A stretch of DNA of 64,000 nucleotides, taken from IMG/VR virus record IMGVR_UViG_3300025267_002170; one strand, 5' to 3'. The DNA comes from a virus. Lineage: Duplodnaviria > Caudoviricetes. The notes under the pieces were generated by a model. It saw only the letters and a list, made by a program, of their open reading frames with translations, did not search any database and was not told the DNA's origin. Positions 27,985-38,026 of the stretch are shown one piece after another. Numbering within the stretch: the first letter of the stretch is position 1; the number at the start of each line of letters is the position of its first letter. The position numbers and the translations under genes were made by a program.

Positions 27985-30165
27985 TTAGCTGTCACTACAG
28001 GCAAGAACAACAGACATTATTCTGATATTTCTAGCGTCATCTATTGATAATCCTGAATCCTGCCCCTCCATTAATGAGTCGAAGGACTCGGATACAGATT
28101 TCTGCAACGGCAGGTTTCTTCTCAAAACGCTTTCTATAACTTCTATAGTAACTTCATTATGCGGGTCCAAGTTAGAAAGAACACCGAATTTAATATACTC
28201 CAAGTTCTCTAGCTGGCTCTTTGTTAGACTTCGTAAGTTGCTCTTATTATAGTGAGCAAGTATGGCGGGATTAACTATTTCCGAGATTTTTTTCTGCGAT
28301 TCATTGACCCATAGGAACAGGCTTGCAAACTCTGAATCCGCCTTAACGCTGGGAAGAACCCTCTTTTGCTTTCTCTTTTCAGTGTCTCTGGAAAACTTTG
28401 GCCTGCCGTCTTCTGGCCTACCCGTGGGAGAACTCTCCTTGTCATTGTTGGGGCCGGGAGACTGCTGCTCCGGTTCCTGTGGGATTTCTTCCTGCTTTGG
28501 CCTATCTGACGGAACAGTAAGTGGATGAGGGCCAACATCGTCTGCCGGGCGAAGTCCAACATCTCCGGGGGTCAAACCATCCTTGCTAAGAGCAATCTTT
28601 TCCAAGTCTTGTCTATGCTGTGGATTGTGATATGGGCTTGCCTTTGGTGGTTGCAGTTCCATTTGCCTGTTCTTGGCCTCTCTCTTAATTCTAATCTTCT
28701 CGATTTCTGGAATTTCTCCAAACCTTTCGACAATGGTTTCAGCGCTGATGACATCCCTATCAAGAAGCTGTATGAGCAGATTCTTTTCTGCCGCCTCATC
28801 GGACAACGCCATCTGGTCAAAACGAATTTTGGCAGGAAGCCTAAATCCCATGGCCTTTTGAACTATTTCGATTTCCTTTTTCCAGAACGAAAGCAAAATA
28901 CCTCTGCCATACTCAAGTCTCTCTATTAGAGTTTTCAGAGAAACAAAGTTATTGGTAAAGCTTCCGCCCGAACTTCCAGATGAGCCGGTAAGTGTAGGTG
29001 GAATACCAAGACCAGCGTAGATACTGGATAAAACTGGTCCATACTTTTCTGAACCCAAGAATCTAAATACCTGACTGTTTGATTCTTGGAAGTTTAGCTC
29101 TGGACCCCAAACCAAGTCCATTGTTCCGCCGCCAACATTACTAGCTAAAATATTGCGAAGTTTATTAATGGCTGCCTTGGTGGGGAGAATCTTGTTTTCA
29201 ATATCGCCAAGCTTCCAAAGCCTGATGTTAGAAATTGCACCATCAAGAGCAGACATGTCAGCGAGCTTCATCTTCTCAAGCATGACTATGTCATCTAGAA
29301 TAGCATAAATCATAGGATTAGCCCACATCATCCAATCGTCCTTCTTGTAGAAGAAGGCGCGGACCTTGTCTTGGTCTAGAGGGATAAGTCGCTCCCCCTT
29401 ATTCACCTTCGTGAGAAGGTCGGATGGAAGATTGGCAACTAAGTCTTTGTCTGGGTTGTTATCAAAAGCACGCTTGATAAGATTTGAAGTTCCCTTGGAA
29501 ATCTTAAGAGCATATTTAGGTTTTCCAGCGAATACGGCTAGTTCATCCCCAACTACTTCAATAGAAAGCGGGTTTAGAAAATCGTATATCCAAGGAATAT
29601 CCCTTTTAGCAACCCTATCTGTCATGATATCAACATCACCTGCGGCTGCTCTCTTAAAAGTCTCTTCCAGCTTTTTGTTTATCTTTGCGGTTCTTCGTTT
29701 TACTACAACGTTTCCACAACGATATAGCATATTGAGAAATCTCTCAGACCTTTCTTGACCACCAACCTTGTCAAACCAGCGCTTATAGAACCTCTCTATA
29801 CGCGCATTTGGGTGAACGATGGTGATTCCCTGAGAAGCAAAATCGCCCATCAGGTCGATGATGTTTTTGATAATTCCCACCGTATTGTAAGCAGACATAC
29901 ACATACTCATGATGTCTTTTTGCTTCTTTGGCAGGGCTTCGTGTCGTCTGAATCTATAATAGTCATCTTTAACAAAATCACTTCTTACAGACCTATTCGT
30001 TTCAATATCTAGAAACGAACGATGGGAAGACGTAGCCCTCATCACCCCGTCGTAGGACTCTACGGTATCAGACATACCGTCAAAAGCCTTTGCCCTTTCT
30101 GCGTCGTCTCTCCAAGTAATATATGCTGGGTCTGGTTTCTTATCTGGAACAGGACTATCGGCCAT
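27985..30165 (-). CDS. Portal protein
   Basis: Follows the terminase; GLGIPPTL and RDVISAETI motifs. Start placed at MADSP because of a GGAG RBS. Confidence 0.8.
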   Translation of the reverse strand: MADSPVPDKKPDPAYITWRDDAERAKAFDGMSDTVESYDGVMRATSSHRSFLDIETNRSVRSDFVKDDYYRFRRHEALPKKQKDIMSMCMSAYNTVGIIKNIIDLMGDFASQGITIVHPNARIERFYKRWFDKVGGQERSERFLNMLYRCGNVVVKRRTAKINKKLEETFKRAAAGDVDIMTDRVAKRDIPWIYDFLNPLSIEVVGDELAVFAGKPKYALKISKGTSNLIKRAFDNNPDKDLVANLPSDLLTKVNKGERLIPLDQDKVRAFFYKKDDWMMWANPMIYAILDDIVMLEKMKLADMSALDGAISNIRLWKLGDIENKILPTKAAINKLRNILASNVGGGTMDLVWGPELNFQESNSQVFRFLGSEKYGPVLSSIYAGLGIPPTLTGSSGSSGGSFTNNFVSLKTLIERLEYGRGILLSFWKKEIEIVQKAMGFRLPAKIRFDQMALSDEAAEKNLLIQLLDRDVISAETIVERFGEIPEIEKIRIKREAKNRQMELQPPKASPYHNPQHRQDLEKIALSKDGLTPGDVGLRPADDVGPHPLTVPSDRPKQEEIPQEPEQQSPGPNNDKESSPTGRPEDGRPKFSRDTEKRKQKRVLPSVKADSEFASLFLWVNESQKKISEIVNPAILAHYNKSNLRSLTKSQLENLEYIKFGVLSNLDPHNEVTIEVIESVLRRNLPLQKSVSESFDSLMEGQDSGLSIDDARNIRIMSVVLACSDS

Positions 30166-30212
30166 TTGAATTGATGCTCCGGGTAATTGAATTAACAATC
30201 GGATTATAATTT

Positions 30213-30222
30213 ATTATACACC
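30213..30222 (-). promoter_or_regulatory. Late promoter motif GGTGTATAAT
   Basis: Between terminase and portal genes. Confidence 0.7.
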
Positions 30223-30224
30223 AA

Positions 30225-32198
30225 TTAGTCATAAATCCCTTTCATTCCTTCTGAAAACCAGCTTGGAGCTATATAGTCTGGACCCTTTACGTCTTTATTC
30301 TTTCCGCCAACAAATCCGCCAAAGGATTCATAATCCGGCGAATGCGGAGTTCTTTGTATAGTACGAGCCGCAATGTTGGCCATTATCAACGCACTGTATC
30401 GGTCCTTCCTTAGCTTGCTCTTTTTTCCAGCGGCAACGATTACTTGTGGTGTATCCCACTTATCCCTACCGGCAGGAGTCTGCGTCATCTCAATAATTGA
30501 AAGTTCATTCTTAAGCTCTTCAATTTCCATAACACAGTCTTCCAACGTATCAAACACCCTCTTCTTGAATTTGTCATCTGCAAGAGACAGTCCAATGGTT
30601 ACAGAATCAAAGGCAGGAAATAACAATACCCTATCCTCCAAGTCCTTCCTCAATCCATGATTCGCTTCAGAAAGCCAGTCAGATTTTGCAAATTGACACA
30701 TCTCCAATATGTGCAACCCCGGATTTCCATCAGTATCTTTTTCCTTTTTGTCGTCTATTGCCTCCCAAATGGGAAGCTCCCCCTCCTGAATCTTGTCGTT
30801 GTCATGAAGAGCCTCCATCACCGCTATTCCGCCTCCCTGAGCATCCATAGCGATTCTTTCACACGGAAACGTTTTCATCAAGTCTCGTATCTTTCTAGCG
30901 CAATACGAGTAAAAATCCGTCTCCTTAACAAGTCCCGCCTTGACTTTTTCTTTGTGTTCACTCCTAGTGGTAGTCCAGCAATGAACGACCCGTCTATGGT
31001 CTTCGTGCATCTCTATAACAACAATACTAAAGTTATCAACTTCAGATGCCGGGTCTATTCCGTAGATGTATCTTAGATTGGGGTTTCCTCTTAGAAAAGG
31101 TTCAAAAAACGCTTCTCCACTTGGAAAATTAATCGGCTCCTTTTTACTCACAACGCAAGATTCAATTAATGAGCGCTTAAAGAAACCCTTGCTGTCAGTA
31201 CTAAAGCAAGCCCCATATTCCATCTGATATATACCAGAATGTACTGTCGCCTTTGAGCGCGCCACCTGAGCAGAATCCATGAACCCCTCTGGAAGAAGTT
31301 CTACAGGAACCCTTATTATACTGTAATCACGCCAATCGAAGTCTTTTGGAATATCGTCATCACCAAATATTTCCCCAAGCTTTCTACGGTTCCCCCCACT
31401 TGATATTATTGATTTCCATCTTTTCCAATACTCTGCATAGTGATTAAAATCATAATAAGCAGTCCCCGAAAGAATAATCTGGTTCGATTCCGGGTCTCGG
31501 TTGTAAAGCTCTTCATCTGTCATTTCACCAAGCTCTATAGCCTTTTTCTTTGACGCGGTTAGTTTTACGTTCTCTATCGGAGAAGAGCTAACGGCAGCAA
31601 AACCAGCAACAACGTTTTCAAAGATTTCTCTAGGTATAGATGCAAATTCATCAGAAATAATATCGTTTGCACGTTGACCACGAATCTTAGAGCCATCACC
31701 AAGAGGGAGGCATGTGATAGTGCTGTCACCTATATGCATAACACATCTGTCAACATCTCGTCTGGGGCCGCTGTTTGATGGAACCATATCTCTTAAGATA
31801 GGAGCATTGCTCCATATAGTATCCATATATTCAAACAAGACCTTTGACTGCCTAAACGCTGCGCCCACGATAACGATTTTTCGACGCGGCATAAAAAATG
31901 CTCGCATCATGGCGTATAGCGATAAAACAAATGATTTTCCTAGACCACGAGAGCCAACCAACATCGGAAACCGACGCCCCCATAACTCTTTAAGAATTAG
32001 GGCTTGCATCGGAAGTACCTCTATGTTGAACACTTCCTTGGCGGCAAAGCTAAAATATTCTGGCTGCATAAACAGCCAAGCTAAACGTAACTCAAACTCA
32101 TCCGGGTCTCCCGACCTGATGTAGTTTAATGGCTTGAACAAGCTGTCTTCATCGACATCTACATCCAGCCAAGCGTCTTTTATAACTCTGTCATTCAT
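30225..32198 (-). CDS. terL: Terminase large subunit
   Basis: Walker A GSRGLGKS, IRG.RA, Walker B IISDE, nuclease motifs YGIDPA and KDRYSA. Confidence 0.92.
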   Translation of the reverse strand: MNDRVIKDAWLDVDVDEDSLFKPLNYIRSGDPDEFELRLAWLFMQPEYFSFAAKEVFNIEVLPMQALILKELWGRRFPMLVGSRGLGKSFVLSLYAMMRAFFMPRRKIVIVGAAFRQSKVLFEYMDTIWSNAPILRDMVPSNSGPRRDVDRCVMHIGDSTITCLPLGDGSKIRGQRANDIISDEFASIPREIFENVVAGFAAVSSSPIENVKLTASKKKAIELGEMTDEELYNRDPESNQIILSGTAYYDFNHYAEYWKRWKSIISSGGNRRKLGEIFGDDDIPKDFDWRDYSIIRVPVELLPEGFMDSAQVARSKATVHSGIYQMEYGACFSTDSKGFFKRSLIESCVVSKKEPINFPSGEAFFEPFLRGNPNLRYIYGIDPASEVDNFSIVVIEMHEDHRRVVHCWTTTRSEHKEKVKAGLVKETDFYSYCARKIRDLMKTFPCERIAMDAQGGGIAVMEALHDNDKIQEGELPIWEAIDDKKEKDTDGNPGLHILEMCQFAKSDWLSEANHGLRKDLEDRVLLFPAFDSVTIGLSLADDKFKKRVFDTLEDCVMEIEELKNELSIIEMTQTPAGRDKWDTPQVIVAAGKKSKLRKDRYSALIMANIAARTIQRTPHSPDYESFGGFVGGKNKDVKGPDYIAPSWFSEGMKGIYD

Positions 32199-32676
32199 CT
32201 GCTTCTCTGCCTATCGTCTCAGTAATCTCTTTGAATATCTCTATCGCCTTATTTTCTGCGGATTCCCTTTCTCCACAAAAGACCACCTCTATGTCGTAGT
32301 CTTCCTGATATCTAGAGAGAAGCTTTGCCATGAACTTACCATTCATACGTAAATACTTCCATCTGTAAGGTGGTATGCTTGAATTCTTTGGGAACTGCAT
32401 GAGGTTCTCTAGACTGAACTCGCACAGGATATATGCCCAACGAAATTCAGCCATGCGTTCTAGCTCTGCTTCAAATCGTTTTCTGTGCTTCCCAAGATTC
32501 ATGGAAAGCTCCCCTGTATTGGCCTTTCTTTCGATGCATAGAATCTCTTCAAGCCCTTCCAGTGTGTAGTCCCCGGTCTTAAGACCCCGCGACTCTATCG
32601 CGCAGCTACTATAAAAATCGAAATCCCACCCTTCCTTTTCTCTGGTATCTCGTATAATAGAAAATTTATCTACCAT
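32191..32676 (-). CDS. ERCC4/XPF-family nuclease
   Basis: IRDTRE, LKTGDY, IERK. Confidence 0.85.
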   Translation of the reverse strand: MVDKFSIIRDTREKEGWDFDFYSSCAIESRGLKTGDYTLEGLEEILCIERKANTGELSMNLGKHRKRFEAELERMAEFRWAYILCEFSLENLMQFPKNSSIPPYRWKYLRMNGKFMAKLLSRYQEDYDIEVVFCGERESAENKAIEIFKEITETIGREADE

Positions 32677-32941
32677 TATGAATTATTTCGTAGAAAAGTC
32701 TTTCATAGTGCTCCTCTTTTCCTGTAACTTCCTTGTGACACTCCCAGCATAAACATATACCATTACTAACTTCATATCGTAATGATGAAGCGCTAGACCA
32801 CTTGCGTATATGATGAACCTGTATCCTCTTTCTTTTTTTACATCCGGGCATCTGGCACTTGCCTTTATCCCTAGCGTAAACTTTCCTTCTCCAATTAGCA
32901 TATACTTCCGTATCGGCTTCCGGCCTAAATCTATTAGGCAT
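32666..32941 (-). CDS. HNH endonuclease
   Basis: RDKGKCQ..C...VHHI...NGICLC..CH. Confidence 0.88.
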   Translation of the reverse strand: MPNRFRPEADTEVYANWRRKVYARDKGKCQMPGCKKRKRIQVHHIRKWSSASSLRYEVSNGICLCWECHKEVTGKEEHYERLFYEIIHNGR

Positions 32942-33189
32942 TATTTCTTAATCCTCACGCTCTTGACAGAAACTGTTTTTGCTACCTTCTTTGCCAACTG
33001 CTTAATTCTAGTTGTATTTCTCTCGTGGAGTATCTCATTACATACTTTTCTAGTCCCCTTGGCGCAAGCGTCGTCGGGGCTTTTTGCTTCTACGTAAACT
33101 GTCGTGGTTTTGTAATTATGAGATTTAATACCCAACTGGGTCATCTCATCCATTACTTTTACCATGTTTATGACTACCCGGTATAGCAT
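32941..33189 (-). CDS. Hypothetical protein
   Basis: 82 aa, coupled to its neighbours. Confidence 0.6.
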   Translation of the reverse strand: MLYRVVINMVKVMDEMTQLGIKSHNYKTTTVYVEAKSPDDACAKGTRKVCNEILHERNTTRIKQLAKKVAKTVSVKSVRIKK

Positions 33190-33547
33190 TGGGAGAACCG
33201 TTCTTTTTTTCTAGATACTGCTGCCACACAGTTTTCTCTCCCGGTTTTCTCTTTGGAAGTTCCAATCCCTCTCTTATAAGACTGTCACATTCTGGACATG
33301 CCGGTTGAGGAGTTTTGTGTGGCTTGGCATAATGGAAAACACGAATCATAGTATCCATAAGGACGTATGCCTTTGCTTCCTCCCTTGCCTTCATCCCGTA
33401 GATTTCATCCATTTCTTCTTTGATATATTCGATATCTTTTTTCATACTAGCCGTTAAATAATTTTGTTGTTCGGCTATGTATACTATACCTAGAACATTA
33501 GCACAAACGAGCGCTATAACACAGATATCCACCATCTTGCTTCTCAT
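33146..33547 (-). CDS. Hypothetical membrane-anchored protein
   Basis: N-terminal hydrophobic helix; AGGAG RBS. Confidence 0.6.
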   Translation of the reverse strand: MRSKMVDICVIALVCANVLGIVYIAEQQNYLTASMKKDIEYIKEEMDEIYGMKAREEAKAYVLMDTMIRVFHYAKPHKTPQPACPECDSLIREGLELPKRKPGEKTVWQQYLEKKNGSPNAIPGSHKHGKSNG

Positions 33548-33556
33548 GTCTTCTCC

Positions 33557-34489
33557 TTATATCTTTAGTAAGTTTTCCTTCTTGTCGTAAATATATCTAG
33601 CGGTTGCAACATCCTCTATTGCCAACCCCGTAGCATCAAACAAAGTCTGATTTCCTTCTGTAGGAAGTTTTCCAGAAACTATATCAGCCAGCTGGAACCA
33701 GTCCTGTTTCTTTTCATAGTAGGGAGTATACTGAATTTCACCAGAATGAGAACATTGTTCCCAGTTGTCATAAACAACAAGGTCCACATTTTCCAAAACG
33801 CAAGGAGAAAGCTCGCGCTTTCCCTCGGCATCTGCACCGACAGCGTTTATATGTACCTTATCTTTAAGCCACTCGTGCTTTAGAAATCCAGTTCTTGAAG
33901 GCGTCAGAGTAGTAATTACGTCTGCATCTTTAATACAGTCAACCAAATCTGTATAGGGAACAACATCTACGCCATCCATAATAAGTGAAACTGCTACCTG
34001 CTTACATCTGTCCTCATCCAAGTCGAAAAGCCTTACTTGTTCTATGTCAAGCACGTGACATACGGCTTCCACTTGAGAGCGTGTCTGATTACCGCATCCA
34101 ACGAATGCTGCAATTTTTGAGTCCTGTCTTGCCATATATTTTGTAGCAACTCCAGTAACCGCCGCTGTTCGTATTGCAGTAATAGATTCACCATCCATAA
34201 TTGCCAGAAGCTCTCCGGTATCAACCTGATTGATTAAAACCTTGGCAAATATATTACACTTCCTTTTCTTCTTTGTACCATCTAAGTGAACGCCGCACCA
34301 TTTAATTCCCGCAGTATTCTCTACAATGGCTGGCATAGACCTAAAGTCTCCATCCGGTATTTCCATGTATACCTTTGGAGGCATTTTGGTTTTTTGTATA
34401 TTGGCAAATAGTTTTTCAATTACCCCAATACACTCTGTAACGCTAATCAAATCAATAACATCTTGGTTGGATAGAAAATATGTGTTCAT
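33557..34489 (-). CDS. Ornithine cyclodeaminase / mu-crystallin / archaeal-type alanine dehydrogenase family
   Basis: GDFRSMPA, TAIRTAA, GCGNQ, HINAVGAD..GKREL, FDATGLAIEDVA. Confidence 0.88.
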   Translation of the reverse strand: MNTYFLSNQDVIDLISVTECIGVIEKLFANIQKTKMPPKVYMEIPDGDFRSMPAIVENTAGIKWCGVHLDGTKKKRKCNIFAKVLINQVDTGELLAIMDGESITAIRTAAVTGVATKYMARQDSKIAAFVGCGNQTRSQVEAVCHVLDIEQVRLFDLDEDRCKQVAVSLIMDGVDVVPYTDLVDCIKDADVITTLTPSRTGFLKHEWLKDKVHINAVGADAEGKRELSPCVLENVDLVVYDNWEQCSHSGEIQYTPYYEKKQDWFQLADIVSGKLPTEGNQTLFDATGLAIEDVATARYIYDKKENLLKI

Positions 34490-35520
34490 TCTAGTCTCGC
34501 TATATCGTAATTAACCATGGTTTTTACCAAGTCCTCAAACGATATTTTATGATTCCATCCCAGTTTTTCCCGAGCTTTACTTGGTTCTCCTCTAAGATAT
34601 GGAACTTCTGAAGGTCTCATGAAACGTGGGTCTTGAACAACAAATGGTGTAAAGTCATCAATACCAATTTCTTTAAATGCAGCAATAAGGAAATCTCTTA
34701 CTGTATAGGTTTCTCCAGTAGCAACAACATAATCATCCGGCTCGTCTTGTTGCAACATGAGCCACATAGCCTCTACATAATCCCTTGCGTGTCCCCAATC
34801 CCGCTTGGCGTCAAGATTGCCCAAACCAAGAATTGGAGCATCCTTGTTAGAACCGCCATTTTTGAAATGATGGTCTAGTTCTGCGATATACTTCGTAATC
34901 TTCTTTGTAACGAATCTTGCTCCGCGTCGTTCGCTTTCGTGATTAAACAGGATTCCACAGCATCCAAATATGCCATACGCCTTTCTATACAAACCAGTAA
35001 GATGATGCGCTCCAAGCTTTGCCACGGCATATGGAGACTGTGGATTGAATCTGGTTTCCTCGTTCTGATAGGGGTTTGAATACGTGCGATAAAACCCTTC
35101 CGAATCGTACCCCCCATCATCAAGGGAGTCTCCAAACATCTCGCTTGAGCTTGCCTGATAAAACTTTGTATTCGGACTATGCTCTCTCAGTACTTCAAGA
35201 ATGTTTAAACATCCCTTGCACGTAACTTCGATTGACAATAGTGGTTGATTAAATGAAGTGCCAACATGGCTCATTGCTGCCAAATTGTACACCTCATCCG
35301 GCGAGGCCTCTTCGACAATTCGAAGAACACTACTATAGTCAGTAATATCGCCCTCTACTATCTCAAAATCCTCGTGGTCTAGCAGATGTCTAATTCTGCT
35401 GGTATTACCTGTACTTACTCTTCTAGTTACTCCAACTACCTTATAGTTCTTCTCCAATAGTAGCTCCAGTAAGTAGCTTCCGTCTTGTCCGGTTACGCCA
35501 AAAAGAACCGCCTTCTTCAT
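34486..35520 (-). CDS. gmd: GDP-mannose 4,6-dehydratase
   Basis: GVTGQDGSYL, YNLAAMSHV, YQASSSEMFG, PQSPYAVAK, LFNHESERRG, RDWGHA. Confidence 0.95.
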   Translation of the reverse strand: MKKAVLFGVTGQDGSYLLELLLEKNYKVVGVTRRVSTGNTSRIRHLLDHEDFEIVEGDITDYSSVLRIVEEASPDEVYNLAAMSHVGTSFNQPLLSIEVTCKGCLNILEVLREHSPNTKFYQASSSEMFGDSLDDGGYDSEGFYRTYSNPYQNEETRFNPQSPYAVAKLGAHHLTGLYRKAYGIFGCCGILFNHESERRGARFVTKKITKYIAELDHHFKNGGSNKDAPILGLGNLDAKRDWGHARDYVEAMWLMLQQDEPDDYVVATGETYTVRDFLIAAFKEIGIDDFTPFVVQDPRFMRPSEVPYLRGEPSKAREKLGWNHKISFEDLVKTMVNYDIARLE

Positions 35521-35523
35521 CCT

Positions 35524-36132
35524 CTACTCTCCTTTGCTTGGTAATTTACTTGGCGGTAGTGGTTGAAATGATATTCCACCATTTCTGCTCAAGCTTCCGC
35601 CTCCTTCTCCATCGCCGCCTTCTCCATCACCGTCTCCTTCTCCACCTTCACCCTGACCGTCTCCTTGACCGTCTCCATCCTCTCCCTGTCCCTGTAATCC
35701 CTCGTTGGTCCCCATAACAGCCTGACCACCCATAATCATTCCTAGAGCCTTCTGGCCGTCTTCGTGGAGTTTCTTTGAATATTCTAGACGATAAGCCCTA
35801 GGCTTGTACATGTTTTCATTAGCAAAAGAGATAAAAAAGGAGCCATCATCCTTTTCCTTTGGGTTCATATCAGTGACCCAAACGTACACGTCTCCCTTGT
35901 CTCCGGTTTTTTTATTCGGTTCTTTTATAACAACCCAGTGAACCCTGAACTCTTTTGGAGGCTGTTGATTAGAAGGCCAGCCGAAAAGATTCTCTAAGGA
36001 GAAGTTAACAGATAAGCATAGATACAAAGTTAAAAGTATGGTAGCCGCTTTCAGTCCCCATAGACCCTTAGACCCAATAACAAACCAGAGTATCAAACTA
36101 GTTAAAAGAATAAAAGCTAAAGTAATCGACAT
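35524..36132 (-). CDS. Membrane protein with two TM helices and a Gly/Glu-rich tail
   Basis: Hydrophobic N-terminus; coupled to the upstream gene. Confidence 0.65.
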   Translation of the reverse strand: MSITLAFILLTSLILWFVIGSKGLWGLKAATILLTLYLCLSVNFSLENLFGWPSNQQPPKEFRVHWVVIKEPNKKTGDKGDVYVWVTDMNPKEKDDGSFFISFANENMYKPRAYRLEYSKKLHEDGQKALGMIMGGQAVMGTNEGLQGQGEDGDGQGDGQGEGGEGDGDGEGGDGEGGGSLSRNGGISFQPLPPSKLPSKGE

Positions 36133-36734
36133 TAGAGCGTTCCCGTACTTTCAGGAAGAAGGGTCTTTGGTAATTCGTTCACGTCTATCACCTCTCCAGC
36201 CCTATCGAGCGTAAACCTAAACGCGGTCTTTTCGTCTCCGGTTATTGTTAGCGTTCTTTCTTTGAGAGTTATCATTCTGTATGGATTAAGCTTTTCTAGC
36301 TGGATTGTTACGGGCGTGCTTTCGGAGGCTGCTCTTTCCATGTACATGTGAACGTTAACTACATATTCTCCGGGCACTATTCCTCGCAGGGTTACAATCT
36401 CCTTATTTTCATTAGACTCGACTGAACCAAACGGGGTTTGAATAATGTCATTTCGTTGGCCTAGGTCATCTCGGTCTAAATGCATCAATCCATCTTCTCT
36501 TCTCATGAAGGCGACAAGATGGCCTACAGGGTCTTCGACATATACGTCAACGTCATTGTCCATCCCCTCTGGCCAAGTAATCGTTATTAGAAATTCTGCT
36601 TTCGACTCGACGTTGTTCTGCTCCTGAGAAGGACTAATCAGAACGAAAGCCAATACGAACAGAGCCGCAAAACACAGAAGCGTATTGAACAACAGGTCCA
36701 GAAAAGCCAAGTTGGTATGATAATTACGCTTCAT
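36132..36734 (-). CDS. Single-TM protein, ExbD/MotB-like partner
   Basis: NLAFLDLLFNTLLCF TM carrying a conserved-type Asp; soluble domain with DVDVYVEDP.G and PGEYVVNVH. Confidence 0.55.
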   Translation of the reverse strand: MKRNYHTNLAFLDLLFNTLLCFAALFVLAFVLISPSQEQNNVESKAEFLITITWPEGMDNDVDVYVEDPVGHLVAFMRREDGLMHLDRDDLGQRNDIIQTPFGSVESNENKEIVTLRGIVPGEYVVNVHMYMERAASESTPVTIQLEKLNPYRMITLKERTLTITGDEKTAFRFTLDRAGEVIDVNELPKTLLPESTGTL

Positions 36735-37245
36735 CTCTGACCCTGTCTAGCGCCTGACTCAAGTTGAAGTATTGAATCTTTAATAGCGAGCTACAGATTA
36801 GGCCCACAAGAGTGCTATACAGGGCCGTAGACATTCCCAGCCCCAGCTTTTTGATAAGGTCTTGTATTGTCTGTATGTCCCCGATGTCGACGCTGGTAAA
36901 GCCCGAGAGCATCATGATAAAACCAGTCACCGTGCCAATCATTCCGATGGTTAAACACAGGTCGCTGGTGAACCAGCCAACCTCGATAAGATGTTCTATT
37001 TTTTCTACAAGATGGTTTTCGGTCCTTCCATCATCAAGAAACTTACTCAGTCGAAAAGTCTTGTATCCGCACCATGTGGACATGCTCACAAACAGCGCTA
37101 CTAGTACGAAACTGAGCTTTGTTACATCCTTGTCCCATAGAACGTGGAAAAACTTCGACATGGTTAATGCTACGAACGTCATGGACATTAATACCGCAAA
37201 GAGCCACCATTTAAGGAAAAGGGTATGCTGGTAGTGCTTAGTCAT
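36724..37245 (-). CDS. MotA/TolQ/ExbB proton-channel family protein
   Basis: IGMIGTVTGFI and GMSTALYSTLVGL. Confidence 0.75.
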   Translation of the reverse strand: MTKHYQHTLFLKWWLFAVLMSMTFVALTMSKFFHVLWDKDVTKLSFVLVALFVSMSTWCGYKTFRLSKFLDDGRTENHLVEKIEHLIEVGWFTSDLCLTIGMIGTVTGFIMMLSGFTSVDIGDIQTIQDLIKKLGLGMSTALYSTLVGLICSSLLKIQYFNLSQALDRVRDEA

Positions 37246-38026
37246 CTGAAAATGTCTCCGGTGTAAGCAATGGCTGGTCTATTACTCCATCATCATATTT
37301 ATGGTATCCTGCGAGGCGCGTGTACTCTTTCTCTACGGCGAGCCTCATCTTCTCCATGTTTATTGAGAGTTCTTCTCTGAAGGCGGGGTTTTGCATAACA
37401 CTCTTTATCCAACCTGTGAATGTTTGCTTTGAGTCCTCTAATCGTTTAATACGCTGCTCTCTAGTTGCCTTTAGGTCTTTAAGCATGCCGCTCTTCTTGC
37501 CCTGTAAATCCTTATAGTCTTTACTGAGGGCTTCTATGGCGGCGCGGTATAATGCTACCTGCCTTTCTAGGTTTATCAGGTACTCGCGGTCTTGGTCACC
37601 AATAAACTTCTCTTTTTCCGTAGATATGAGGGTCTCTGTTTCATCAATGCTATTCATAGTATTTTGCTGCTCTCTAAGAGCGCGATTCATTAGAATTTCG
37701 AGCTTGATGGCATCGACGATTTGGAGTTCCTCTGTTGGAAGAACGTCATCGCGGAACTGGCCGACGATGCGCTTCCAGTGGTAGACGAACATCTTCTGCT
37801 CGTCTGTTTTGAACTGCGACTTGATTTCTTCCCAGAACGGGCGAGTCTTTAAGTCGTAGGTGGCTTCTTCTTCTTTTTCTCTGCCCATATCGAGTTTTTT
37901 ATCTATGTGCTTGGCAATGCTGGTGGGGTCTCTATCCAAGTGGGCGGCTATATCGTTAACGGTTTTGTTGATATGGTGCTGTTTAATATAAAGCTGCTCA
38001 GACTTGGAGAGTCTACCCTTCTTCAT
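37238..38026 (-). CDS. HTH plus coiled-coil protein, candidate terminase small subunit
   Basis: Start MKKGRLSKSE; DIAAHLDRD HTH; ends in KATREQR-type helices; lies upstream in the terL operon. Confidence 0.4.
   Translation of the reverse strand: MKKGRLSKSEQLYIKQHHINKTVNDIAAHLDRDPTSIAKHIDKKLDMGREKEEEATYDLKTRPFWEEIKSQFKTDEQKMFVYHWKRIVGQFRDDVLPTEELQIVDAIKLEILMNRALREQQNTMNSIDETETLISTEKEKFIGDQDREYLINLERQVALYRAAIEALSKDYKDLQGKKSGMLKDLKATREQRIKRLEDSKQTFTGWIKSVMQNPAFREELSINMEKMRLAVEKEYTRLAGYHKYDDGVIDQPLLTPETFSDD

Noticed and set aside
35524-37245. Zorya or flagellar stator operon
   Set aside because: No long ZorA tail, no OmpA-like peptidoglycan-binding domain recognised, and no zorC/D/E or flagellar genes.
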